The position numbers and the translations under genes are program-made. Under the pieces are notes generated by a model that worked only from the letters and a program-made list of their open reading frames with translations, did not search any database and was not told the DNA's origin. A stretch of 64,000 bases of DNA from Camelus dromedarius (taxonomy: Eukaryota), in contig NC_087436.1 in the NCBI RefSeq assembly GCF_036321535.1, positions 2,852,001 to 2,916,000 on the forward strand, in the 5' to 3' direction. This document shows positions 37,201-50,469 of the stretch, one piece after another. Position 1 is the stretch's first letter. Each line of letters opens with the position of its first letter.

Positions 37201-39330
37201 CTGTAAAACCGAGTTGGAGCTAGTACCTCCCCATATATATATATGGAGTGGGGTTTCAAATGAAAGAAAGATTGTGTTCCCAACAAGCTAGGTGAAGGAC
37301 GGCTTTCACACACAATTACCTCTCAGAAATGAGCACGTGGAGAGACGTTCGTTCATCTAGCACAAATGGAACGGGTTGCAGGAGAAACTTTTACTCTGGT
37401 TTCTCAGTCTGTTTCCTAGTGCCGGTTTGAAGTTCCTGCAGTTTTCACTGTAAAAACGAGTTGGAGCTAGTACCTCCCCATATATACGTATGGAGTGGGG
37501 TTTGCAAGTGAAAAGAAACTTTCTGTTCCCAACAAGCTAGGTGAAAGAAGGCTTTCACACACAACTATCTCTCAGAACTGAGCATGTGGAGAGACGTTCG
37601 TTCATCTAGCGCAAAGGGAACGGGTTGCAGGAGAAACTTTTACTCTGGTTTCTCAGTCTGTTTCCTAGTGCCGTTTGAAGTTCCTGCAGTTTTCACTGTA
37701 AAACCTATTTGGAGCTAGTAACTCCCCATATATATGTATGGAGTGGAGTTTGCAAGTGAAAAGAAACTTTGTGTTCCCAACAAGCTAGTTGAAGGCGGCT
37801 TTCACACACAATTTTCTCTCAGAACTGAGCACGTGGAGAGACGTTCATTCATCTAGCACAAATGGAACGGGTTGAAGGAGAAACTTTTACTCTGGATTCT
37901 CAGTCTGTTTCCTAGTGCCGGTTTGAAGTTCCTGCAGTTTTCACTGTAAAACAGAGTTGGAGCTAGTACCTCCCCATATATATGTATGGAGTGGAGTTTG
38001 CAAGTGAAAAGAAACTTTGTGTTCCCAACAAGCTAGTTGAAGGAGGCTTTCACACACAATTATCTCTCAGATCTGAGCATGTGGAGAGACGTTCGTTCAT
38101 CTAGCACAAAAGGAACGGGTTGCAGGAGAAACTTTTTCGCTGGTTTCTCAGTCTGTTTCCTAGTGCCGGGATGAAGTTCCTGAATTTTTCACTGTAAAAC
38201 CGAATTGGAGCTAGTACCTCCCCATATATATGTATGGAGTGGGGTTTGCAACTGAAAAGAAACTTTGTGTTCCCAACAAGCTATTTGAAGGCGGCTTTCA
38301 CACACACTTATCTCTCAGAACTGAGCACGTGGAGAGACGTTCATTCATCTAGCACAAATTGAACGGGTTGAAGGAGAAACTTTTACTCTAGATTCTCAGT
38401 CTGTTTCCTAGTGCCGGTTTGAATTTCCTGCAGTTTTCACATTAATACCGAGTTGGAGCTAGTACCTCCCCATATATATGTATGGAGTGGAGTTTGCAAG
38501 TGAAAAGAATCTTTGTGCTCCAAACAAGCTAGGTGAAGTTCGGCTTTCACACACACTTATCTCTCAGAAATGAGCATGTGGAGAGACTTTCGTTCATCTA
38601 GCAGAAAGGGAAAGGTTTTGCAGCAGAAACTTTTTCTCTGGATTCTCTTTCTGTTTCCTAGTGCCGGAATGAAGTTCCTGCAGTTTTCACTATAAAACAG
38701 AGTTGGAGCTAGTACCTCCCCTTATATATGTATGGAGTGGAGTTTGCAACTGAAAAGAAACTTTGTGTTCCCAACAAGCTAAGTGAAGGGTGGCTTTCAC
38801 ACACACTTATCTCTCAGAACTGAGCATGTGGAGAGACGTTCGTTCATCTAGCACCAAGGGAAAGGTTTGCAGGAGAAACTTTTAATCTGGTTTCTCACTC
38901 TGTTTCCTAGCGCCGGTTTGAAGTTCCTGCAGTTTTCACTGTAAAAACGAGTTGGAGCTAGTACCTCCCCATATATATGTATGGAGTGGTGTTTGCAACT
39001 TAATAGAAACTATGCGTTCCCAACAAGCTTGGTGTAGGACGGATTTACATACACTTATCTCTCAGAACTGAGCATGTGGAGAGACGTTCGTTCATCTAGC
39101 ACAAACGGAACGGGTTGCAGGAGAAACTTTTACTCTGGTTTCTCAGTCTGTTTCCTAGTGCTGGTTTGAAGTTCCTGAAATTTTCACGGTAAAACCGAGT
39201 TGGAGCTAGTACCTCCCCATATATATATATGGAGTGGGGTTTCAAATGAAAAGAAAGATTGTGTTCCCAACAAGCTAAGTGAAGGACGGCTTTCACACAC
39301 AATTACCTCTCAGAAATGAGCATGTGGAGA
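28270..39330. repeat. Highly homogeneous 10-monomer HOR (2483 bp) with 7- and 6-monomer structural variants
   Basis: Identical ORF translations at 28554, 31037, 35258 and 36746 (offsets 2483, 4221, 1488) and at 33387/39096 (5709). The marker monomer AGCAGAAAGGGAAAGGTTTTGCAGCAG is at ~30408, ~32891, ~34629 and ~38600. Confidence 0.93.
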
Positions 39331-42300
39331 GACGTTCGTTCATCTAGCACAAAGGGAACGGGTTGCAGGAGAAACTTTTACTCTGGTTTCTCAGTCTGTT
39401 TCCTAGTGCCGGTTTGAAGTTCCTGCAGTTTTCACTGTAAAACCGAGTTGGAGCTAGTACCTCCCCATATATATGTATGGAGTGGGGTTTGCAAGTGAAA
39501 AGAAACTTTGTGTTCCCAACAAGCTAGGTGAAGGACGGCTTTCACACAAAATTATCTCTCAGAACTGAGCATGTGGAGAGACGTTCATTCATCTTGCATA
39601 AAGTGAACGGGTTGCAGGAGAAACTTTTACTCTGGTTTCTCAGTCTGTTTCCTAGTGCCGGTTTGAAGTTCCTGCAGTTTTCACTGTAAAACCGAGTTGG
39701 AGCTTTTACCTCCCCATATATATGTATGGAGTGGAGTTTGCAATTGAAAAGAAACTTTGTGTTCCCAAAAGAAACTTGAAGGACGGCTTTCACACACACT
39801 TATCTCTCAGAACTGAGCATGTGGAGAGACGTTCGTTCATCTAGCACAAAGGGAACGGGTTGCAGGAGAAACTTTTACTCTGGATTCTCAGTCTGTTTCT
39901 TAGTGCCGGGATGAAGTTCCTGAATTTTTCACTGTAAAACCGAATTGGAGCTAGTACCTCCCCATATATATGTATGGAGTGGGGTTTGCAACTGAAAAGA
40001 AACTTTTTGTTCCCAACAAGCTATGTGAAGGACGGCTTTCACACACACTTATCTCTCAGAACTGAGCATGTGGAGAGACGTTCGTTCATCTAGCACAAAG
40101 GGAACGGTTTGCAGGAGAAACCTTTACTCTGGTTTCTCAGTCTGTTTCCTTGTGCTGGTTTGAAGTTCCTGCAGTTTTCACTGTAAAAACGAGTTGGAGC
40201 TAGTACCTCCCCATAAATAAGTATGGAGTGGAGTTTGCAACTTAATAGAAACTTTGTGTTCCCAACAAGCTTGGTGTAGGACGGCTTTACATACACTTAT
40301 CTCTCAGAACAGAGCATGTGGAGAGACGTTCGTTCATCTAGCACAAACGGAACGGGTTGCAGGAGAAACTTTTACTCTGGTTTCTCAGTCTGTTTCCTAG
40401 TGCTGGTTTGAAGTTCCTGAAGTTTTCACTGTAAAACCGAGTTGGAGCTAGTACCTCCCCATATATATATATGGAGTGGGGTTTCAAATGAAAAGAAAGA
40501 TTGTGTTCCCAACAAGCTAGGTGAAGGACGGCTTTCACACACAATTACTTCTCAGAAATGAGCATGTGGAGAGACGTTCGTTCATCTAGCACAAAGGGAA
40601 CGGGTTGCAGGAGAAACTTTAACTCTGGTTTCTCAGTCTGTTTCCTAGTGCCGGTTTGAAGTTCCTGCAGTTTTCACTGTAAAACCGAGTTGGAGCTAGT
40701 ACCTCCCCATATATATGTATGGAGTGGGGTTTGCAACTGAAAAGAAACTTTGTGTTCCCAACAAGCTATGTGAAGGACGGCTTTCACACACACTTATCTC
40801 TCAGAACTGAGCATGGGGAGAGACGTTCGTTCATCTAGCACAAAGGGAACGGGTTGCAGGAGAAACCTTTACTCTGGTTTCTCAGTCTGTTTCCTTGTGC
40901 TGGTTTGAAGTTCCTGCAGTTTTCACTGTAAAAATGAGTTGGAGCTAGTACCTCCCCTTATATATGTATGGAGTGGTGTTTGCAACTTAATAGAAACTAT
41001 GCGTTCCCAACAAGCTTGGTGTAGGAAGGCTTTACATACACTTATCTCTCAGAACTGAGCATGTGGAGAGACGTTCGTTCATCTAGCACAAACGGAACGG
41101 GTTGCAGGAGAAACTTTTACTCTGGTTTCTCAGTCTGTTTCCTAGTGCTGGTTTGAAGTTCCTGAAGTTTTCACTGTAAAACCGAGTTGGAGCTAGTACC
41201 TCCCCGTATATATATATGGAGTGGGGTTTCAAAGGAAAAGAAAGATTGTGTTCCCAACAAGCTAGGTGAAGGACGGCTTTCACACACAATTACCTCTCAG
41301 AAATGAGCATGTGGAGAGACGTTCGTTCATCTAGCACTAAGGGAACGGGTTGCAGGAGAAACTTTTACTCTGGTTTCTCAGTCTGTTTCCTATTGCCGGT
41401 TTGAAGTTCCTGCAGTTTTCACTGTAAAACCGAGTTGGAGCTAGTACCTCCCCATATATATTTATGGAGTGGGGTTTGCAAGTGAAAAGAAACTTTGTGT
41501 TCCCAACAAGCTAGGTGAAGGACGGCTTTCACACAAAATTATCTTTCAGAACTGAGCATGTGGAGAGACATTCATTCATCTTGCATAAAGTGAACGGGTT
41601 GCAGGAGAAACTTTTACTCTGGTTTCTCAGTCTGTTTCCTAGTGCCGGTTTGAAGTTCCTGCAGTTTTCACTGTAAAACCGAGTTGGAGCTATTACCTCC
41701 ACATATATATGTATGGAGTGGAGTTTGCAAATGAAAAGAAACTTTGTGTTCCCAAAAGAAACGTGAAGGACGGCTTTCACACACAATTATCTCTCAGAAC
41801 TGAGCATGTGGAGAGACGTTCGTTCATCTAGCACAAAGGGAACGGGTTGCAGGAGAAACTTTTACTCTGGTTTCTCAGTCTGTTTCTTAGTGCCGGGATG
41901 AAGTTCCTGAATTTTTCACTGTAAAACCGAATTGGAGCTAGTACCTCCCCATATATATGTATGGAGTGGGGTTTGCAACTGAAAAGAAACTTTTTGTTCC
42001 CAACAATCTATGTGAAGGACGGCTTTCACACACACTTATCTCTCAGAACTGAGCATGTGGAGAGACGTTCGTTCATCTAGCACAAAGGGAACGGTTTGCA
42101 GGAGAAACCTTTACTCTGGTTTCTCAGTCTGTTTCCTTGTGCTGGTTTGAAGTTCCTGCAGTTTTCACTGTAAAAACGAGTTGGAGCTAGTACCTCCCCA
42201 TATATAAGTATGGAGTGGTGTTTGCAAATTAATAGAAACTTTGTGTTCCCAACAAGTTTGGTGTAGGACGGCTTTACATACACTTATCTCTCAGAACTGA

Positions 42301-45300
42301 GCATGTGGAGAGACGTTCGTTCTTCTAGCACAAACGGAACAGGTTGCAGGAGAAACTTTTACTCTGGTTTCTCAGTCTGTTTCCTAGTGCTGGTTTGAAG
42401 TTCCTGAAGTTTTCACTGTAAAACCGAGTTGGAGCTAGTACCTCCCCATATATACGTATGGAGTGGGGTTTGCAAGTGAAAAGAAACTTTCTGTTCCCAA
42501 CAAGCTAGGTGAAGGAAGGCTTTCACACACAATTATCTCTCAGAACTGAGCATGTGGAGAGACGTTCGTTCATCTAGCGCAAAGGGAACGGGTTGCAGGA
42601 GAAACTTTTACTCTGGTTTCTCGGTCTGTTTCCTAGTGCCGTTTGAAGTTCCTGCAGTTTTCACTGTAAAACCTATTTGGAGCTAGTACCTCCCCATATA
42701 TATGTATGGAGTGGAGTTTGCAAGTGAAAAGAAACTTTGTGTTCCCAACAAGCTAGTTGAAGGCGGCTTTCACACACAATTTTATCTCAGAACTGAGCAC
42801 GTGGAGAGACGTTCATTCATCTAGCACAAATGGAACGGGTTGAAGGAGAAACTTTTACTCTGGATTCTCAGTCTGTTTCCTAGTGCCGGTTTGATGTTCC
42901 TGCAGTTTTCACTGTAAAACAGAGTTGGAGCTAGTACCTCCCCATATATATGTATGGAGTGGAGTTTGCAAGTGAAAAGAACCTTTGTGTTCCCAACAAG
43001 CTAGTTGAAGGAGGCTTTCACACACAATTATCTCTCAGATCTGAGCATGTGGAGAGACGTTCGTTCATCTAGCACAAAAGGAACGGGTTGCACGAGAAAC
43101 TTTTTCGCTTGTTTCTCAGTCTGTTTCCTAGTGCCGGGATGAAGTTCCTGAATTTTTCACTGTAAAACCGAATTGGAGCTAGTACCTCCCCATATATATG
43201 TATGGAGTGGGGTTTGCAACTGAAAAGAAACTTTGTGTTCCCAACAAGCTATTTGAAGGCGGCTTTCACACACACTTATCTCTCAGAACTGAGCACGTGG
43301 AGAGACGTTCATTCATCTAGCACAAATTGAACGGGTTGAAGGAGAAACTTTTACTCTAGATTCTCAGTCTGTTTCCTAGTGCCGGTTTGAATTTCCTGCA
43401 GTTTTCACATTAATACCGAGTTGGAGCTAGTACCTCCCCATATATATGTATGGAGTGGAGTTTGCAAGTGAAAAGAAACTTTGTGTTCCCAACAAGCTAT
43501 GTGAAGGACGGCTTTCACACACACTTATCTCTCAGAACTGAGCATGGGGAGAGACGTTCGTTCATCTAGCACAAAGGGAACGGGTTGCAGGAGAAACCTT
43601 TACTCTGGTTTCTCAGTCTGTTTCCTTGTGCTGGTTTGAAGTTCCTGCAGTTTTCACTGTAAAAACGAGTTGGAGCTAGTACCTCCCCATATATATGTAT
43701 GGAGTGGTGTTTGCAACTTAATAGAAACTATGCGTTCCCAACAAGCTTGGTGTAGGACGGCTTTACATACACTTATCTCTCAGAACTGAGCATGTGGAGA
43801 GACGTTCGTTCATCTAGCACAAACGGAACGGGTTGCAGGAGAAACTTTTACTGTGGTTTCTCAGTCTGTTTCCTAGTGCTGGTTTGAAGTTCCTGAAGTT
43901 TTCACTGTAAAACCGAGTTGGAGCTAGTACCTCCCCATATATATATATGGAGTGGGGTTTCAAATGAAAAGAAAGATTGTGTTCCCAACAAGCTAGGTGA
44001 AGGACGGCTTTCACACACAATTACCTCTCAGAAATGAGCATGTGGAGAGAAGTTCTTTCATCTAGCACAAAGGGAACGGGTTGCAGGAGAAACTTTTACT
44101 CTGGTTTCTCAGTCTGTTTCCTAGTGCCGGTTTGAAGTTCCTGCAGTTTTCACTGTAAAACCGAGTTGGAGCTAGTACCTCCCCATATATATGTATGGAG
44201 TGGGGTTTGCAAGTGAAAAGAAACTTTGTGTTCCCAACAAGCTAGGTGAAGGACGGCTTTCACACAAAATTATCTCTCAGAACTGAGCATGTGGAGAGAC
44301 GTTCATTCATCTTGCATAAAGTGAACGGGTTGCAGGAGAAACTCTTACTCTGGTTTGTCAGTCTGTTTCCTAGTGCCGGTTTGAAGTTCCTGCAGTTTTC
44401 ACTGTAAAACCGAGTTGGAGCTATTACCTCCCCATATATATGTATGGAGTGGAGTTTGCAATTGAAAAGAAACTTTGTGTTCCCAAAAGAAACGTGAAGG
44501 ACGGCTTTCACACACACTTATCTCTCAGAACTGAGCATGTGGAGAGACGTTCGTTCATCTAGCACAAAGGGAACGGGTTGCAGGAGAAACTTTTACTCTG
44601 GTTTCTCAGTCTGTTTCTTAGTGCCGGGATGAAGTTCCTGAATTTTTCACTGTAAAACCGAATTGGAGCTAGTACCTCCCCATATATATGTATGGAGTGG
44701 GGTTTGCAACTGAAAAGAAACTTTTTGTTCCCAACAAGGTATGTGAAGGACGGCTTTCACACACACTTATCTCTCAGAACTGAGCATGTGGAGAGACGTT
44801 CGTTCATCTAGCACAAAGGGAACGGTTTGCAGGAGAAACCTTTACTCTGGTTTCTCAGTCTGTTTCCTTGTGCTGGTTTGAAGTTCCTGCAGTTTTCACT
44901 GTAAAAACGAGTTTGAGCTAGTACCTCCCCATATATAAGTATGGAGTGGAGTTTGCAACTTAATAGAAACTTTGTGTTCCCAACAAGCTTGGTGTAGGAC
45001 GGCTTTACATACACTTATCTCTCAGAACTGAGCATGTGTAGAGACGTTCGTTCATCTAGCACAAACGGAACGGGTTGCAGGAAAAACTTTTACTCTGGTT
45101 TCTCAGTCTGTTTCCTAGTGCTGGTTTGAAGTTCCTGAAGTTTTCACTGTAAAACCTAGTTGGAGCTAGTACCTCCCCATATATATATATGGAGTGGGGT
45201 TTCAAATGAAAAGAAAGATTGTGTTCCCAACAAGCTAGGTGAAGGACGGCTTTCACACACAATTTCCTCTCAGAACTGAGCATGTGGAGAGACGTTCGTT
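39330..45300. repeat. Related HOR patch with a 5-monomer core and 3-, 8- and 11-monomer spacings
   Basis: ORF offsets 39542/41529 and 40090/42077 = 1987; 40338/41083 = 745; 41529/44260 = 2731; 43814/45056 = 1242. Monomer variants are shared with the 10-mer patch (TTTCAAATGAAAAGAAAGATTG, CAACTTAATAG). Confidence 0.8.
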
Positions 45301-45549
45301 CATCTAGCACAAAGGGAACGGGTTGCAGGAGGAACTTTTACTCTGGTTTCTCAGTCTGTTTCCGAGTGCCGGGATGAAGTTCCTGAATTTTTCACTGTAA
45401 AACCGAATTGGAGCTATTACATCCCCATATATATGTATGGAGTGGGGTTTGCAACTGAAAAGAAACTTTGTGTTCCCAACAAGCTATGTGAAGAACGGCT
45501 TTCACACACACTTATCTCTCAGAACTTAGCATGTGGAGAGACGTTCGTT

Positions 45550-47950
45550 CATCTAGCACAAATGGAACGGATTGCAGGAGAAACCTTTACTCTGGTTTCT
45601 CAGTCTGTTTCCTAGTGCCGTTTGGAAGTTCCTTCAGTTTTCAATGAAAAACTGTGTTGGAGCTAGTACCTCCCCATATACATGTATGGATTGGTGTTTG
45701 CAACTGTAAAGATACTTTGTGTACTCAACAAGCTTGGTGATGTACGGCTTTCACATACACTTATCTCTCAGAAATGAGCATGTGGAGAGACGTTCGTTCA
45801 CCTAGCACAAACGGAACTGGTTGCAGTAGAAAGTTTTTCTCTGGTTTCTCAGTCTGTTTCCTAGTGCCGGTTTGACGTTCCTGCAGTTTTCACTGTAAAA
45901 CCGAGTTGGAGCTAGTACCTCCCCATATATACGTATGGAGTGGGGTTTGCAAGTGAAAAGAAACTTTGTGTTCCCACAAGCTAGGTGAAGGAAGGCTTTC
46001 ACACACAATTATCTCTCAGAACTGAGCATGTGGAGAGACGTTCGTTCATCTAGCGCAAAGGGAACGGGTTGCAGGAGAAACTTTTACTCTGGTTTCTCAG
46101 TCTGTTTCCTAGTGCCGTTTGAAGTTCCTGCAGTTTTCACTGTAAAACCGATTTGGAGCTAGTACCTCCCCATATATATGTATGGAGTGGAGTTTGCAAC
46201 TGAAAAGAAACTTTGTGTTCCCAACAAGCTAGATGAAAGCGGCTTTCACACACAATTATCTCTCAGAACTGAGCACGTGGAGAGACGTTCATTCATCTAG
46301 CACAAATGGAACGGGTTGAAAGAGAAACTTTTAGTCTGGATTCTCAGTCTGTTTCCTAGTGCCGGATTTAAGTTCATGCAGTTTTCACTGTAAAACCGAG
46401 TTGGAGCTAGTACTTCCCCATATATATGTATGGAGTGGAGTTTGCAAGTGAAAAGAAACTTTGTGTTCTCAACAAGCTAGTTGAAGGCCGCTTTCACACA
46501 CAATTATCTCTCAGAACTGAGCATGTGGAGAGATGTTGGTTCATCTACCACAAAGGGAACGGGTTGCAGGAGAAACCTTTACTCTGGTTTCTCAGTCTGT
46601 TCCTTGTGCCGTTTGGAAGTTCCTTCAGTTTTCAATGAAAAACTGTGTTGGAGCTAGTACCTCCCCATATATATGTATGGATTGGTGTTTGCAACTGAAA
46701 AGATACTTTGTGTTCCCAACAAGCTTTGTGAAGTACGGCTTTCACATACACTTATCTCTCAGAACTTAGCATGTGGAGAGACGTTCGTTCATCTAGCACA
46801 AACGGAACGGGTTGCACTAGAAACTTTTTCTCTGGTTTCTCAGTCTGTTTCCTAGTGCCGGTTTGAAGTTCCTGCAGTTTTCACTGTAAAAACGAGTTGG
46901 AGATAATACCTCCCCATATATACGTATGGAGTGGGGTTTGCAAGTGAAAAGAAACTTTCTGTTCCCAACAAGCTAGGTGAAGGAAGGCTTTCACACACAA
47001 TTATCTCTCAGAACTGAGCATGTGGAGAGACGTTCGTTCATCTAGCGCAAAGGGAACGGGTTGCAGGAGAAACTTTTACTCTGGTTTCTCAGTCTGTTTC
47101 CTAGTGCCGTTTGAAGTTCCTGCAGTTTTCACTGTAAAACCTATTTGGAGCTAGTACCTCCCCATATATATGTAAGGAGTGGAGTTTGCAAGTGAAAAGA
47201 AACTTTGTGTTCTCAACAAGCTAGTTGAAGGCCGCTTTCACACACAATTTTCTCTCAGAACTGAGCATGTGGAGAGATGTTGGTTCATCTACCACAAAGG
47301 GAACGGGTTGCAGGAGAAACCTTTACTCTGGTTTCTCAGTCTGTTTCCTTGTGCCGTTTGGAAGTTCCTTCAGTTTTCAATGAAAAACTGTGTTGGAGCT
47401 AGTACCTCCCCATATATATGTATGGATTGGTGTTTGCAACTGAAAAGATACTTTGTGTTCCCAACAAGCTTTGTGAAGGACGGCTTTCACATACACTTAT
47501 CTCTCAGAACTGAGCATGTGGAGAGACGTTCGTTCATCTAGCACAAACGGAACGGGTTGCACTAGAAACTTTTTCTCTGGTTTCTCAGTCTGTTTCCTAG
47601 TGCCGGTTTGAAGTTAATGTAGTTTTCACTGTAAAAACGAGTTGGAGCTAGTACCTCCCCATATATACGTATGGAGTGGGGTTTGCAAGTGAAAAGAAAC
47701 TTTCTATTCCCAACAAGCTAGGTGAAGGAAGGCTTTCACACACAATTATCTCTCAGAACTGAGCATGTGGAGAGACGTTCGTTCATCTAGCGCAAAGGGA
47801 ACGGGTTGCAGTAGAAACTTTTACTCTGGTTTCTCAGTCTGTTTCCTAGTGCCGTTTGAAGTTCCTGCAGTTTTCACTGTAAAACCTATTTGGAGCTAGT
47901 ACCTCCCCATATATATGTATGGAGTGGAGTTTGCAAGTGAAAAGAAACTT
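45550..47950. repeat. 3-monomer tandem duplication (~745 bp) with an older related copy upstream
   Basis: GAAGGCCGCTTT...AGATGTTGGTTCATCTACCAC occurs at ~46483-46550 and ~47228-47295. GTTGCACTAGAAAC is at ~46811 and ~47556. A more diverged equivalent lies at ~45600-46150. Confidence 0.82.
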
Positions 47951-50469
47951 TGTGTTCCCAACAAGCTAGTTGAAGGCGGCTTTCACACACAATTTTCTCT
48001 CAGAACTGAGCACGTGGAGAGACGTTCATTCATCTAGCACAAATGGAACGGGTTGAAGGAGAAACTTTTACTCTGGATTCTCAGTCTGTTTCCTAGTGCC
48101 GGTTTGAAGTTCCTGCAGTTTTCACTGTAAAACAGAGTTGGAGCTAGTACCTCACCATATATATGTATGGAGTGGAGTTTGCAAGTGAAAAGAAACTTTG
48201 TGTTCCCAACAAGCCAGTTGAAGGAGGCTTTCACACACAATTATCTCTCAGAACTGAGCATGTGGAGAGACGTTCGTTCGTTTAGCACAAAAGGAACGGG
48301 TTGCAGGAGAAACTTTTTCGCTGGTTTCTCAGTCTGTTTCCTAGTGCCGGGATGAAGTTCCTGAATTTTTCACTGTAAAACCGAATTGGAGCTAGTACCT
48401 CCCCATATATATGTATGGAGTGGGGTTTGCAACTGAAAAGAAACTTTGTGTTCCCAACAAGCTAGTTGAAGGCGGCTTTCACACACACTTATCTCTCAGA
48501 ACTGAGCACGGGGAGAGACGTTCATTCATCTAGCACAAATTGAACGGGTTGAAGGAGAAACTTTTACTCTAGATTCTCAGTCTGTTTCCTAGTGCCGGTT
48601 TGAATTTCCTGCAGTTTTCACATTAATACCGAGTTGGAGCTAGTACCTCCCCATATATATGTATGGAGTGGAGTTTGCAAGTGAAAAGAAACTTTGTGTT
48701 CCCAACAAGCTAGGTGAAGGACGGCTTTCACACACAATTATCTCTCAGAAATGAGCATGTGGATAGACTTTCGTTCATCAAGCACAAAGGGAACGGGTTA
48801 CAGGAGAAACTTTTACTCTGGTTTCTCAGTCTGTTTCCTAGTGCCGGTTTGAAGTTCCTGCAGTTTTCACTGTAAAACCGAGTTGGAGCTATTACCTCCC
48901 CATATATATGTATGGATTGAAGTTTGCAATTGAAAAGAAATTTGTGTTCCCAACAAGCTGGGTGAAGGACGGCTTTCACACACACTTATCTCTCAGAACT
49001 CAGCATGTGGAGAGACGTTCGTTCATCTAGCACAAAGGGAACGGGTGGCAGGAGAAACTTTTACTGTGGTTTCTCAGTCTGTTTCCTAGTGCCGGGATTA
49101 AGTTCCTGAATTTTTCACTGTAAAACAGAGTTGGATCTAGTACCTCCCCATATATATGTATGGAGTGGAGTTTGCAAGTGAAAAGAAACTTTGTGTTCTC
49201 AACAAGCTAGTTGAAGTCGGCTTTCACACACACTTATCTCTCAGAACTGAGCACGTGGAGAGACGTTCATTCATCTAGCACAAATTGAACGGGTTGAAGG
49301 AGAAACTTTTACTGTGGTTTCTCAGTCTGTTTCCTAGTGCCGGTTTGAAGTTCCTGCAGTTTTCACTGTAAAACCGAGTTGGAGCTATTACCTCCCCATA
49401 TATATGTATGGAGTGGAGTTTGCAAGTGAAAAGAAACTTTGTGTTCCCAACAAGCTGGGTGAAGGACGGCTTTCACACACACTTATCTCTCAGAACTGAG
49501 CATGTGGAGAGACATTCGTTCATCTAGCACAAAGGGAACGGGTGGCAGGAGAAACTTTTACTGTGGTTTCTCAGTCTGTTTCCTAGTGCCGGTTTGAAGT
49601 TCCTGAATTTTTCACTGTAAAACCGAATTGGAGCTAGTACCTCCCCATATAAATGTATGGAGTGGGTTTTGCAACTTTAAAGAAATTTGTGTTCCCAACA
49701 AGCTGGGTGAAGGACGGCTTTCACACACACTTATCTCTCAGAACTGAGCATGTGGAGAGACATTCGTTCATCTAGCACAAAGGGAACGGGTGGCAGGAGA
49801 AACTTTTACTGTGGTTTCTCAGTCTGTTTCCTAGTGCCGGTTTGAAGTTCCTGAAGTTTTCACTGTAAAACCGAATTGGAGCTAGTACCTCCCCATATAA
49901 ATGTATGGAGTGGGTTTTGCAACTGAAAAGAAACTTTGTGTTCCCAACAAGCTAGTTGAAGGCGGCTTTCACACACAATTATCTCTCAGAACTGAGCATG
50001 TGGAGAGACGTTCGTTCATCTTGCAGAAAGGGAACGGGTTGCCGGAGAAAGTTTTACTCTGGTTTCTCAGTCTGTTTCCTAGTGCCGGTTTGAAGTTCCT
50101 GCAGTTTTCACTGTAAAAACGAATTGGAGCTATTACCTCCCCATATATATGTATGGATTGAAGTTTGCAATTGAAAAGAAATTTGTGTTCCCAACAAGCT
50201 GGGTGAAGGACGGCTTTCACACACACTTATCTCTCAGAACTGAGCATGTGGAGAGACGTTCGTTCATCTAGCACAAAGGGAACGGGTGGCAGGAGAAACT
50301 TTTACTGTGGTTTCTCAGTCTGTTTCCTAGTGCCGGTTTGAAGTTCCTGAAGTTTTCACTGTAAAACCGAATTGGAGCTAGTACCTCCCCATATATATGT
50401 ATGGAGTGGGTTTTGCAACTGAAAAGAAACTTTGTGTTCCCAACAAGCTATGTGAAGGACGGCTTTCAC

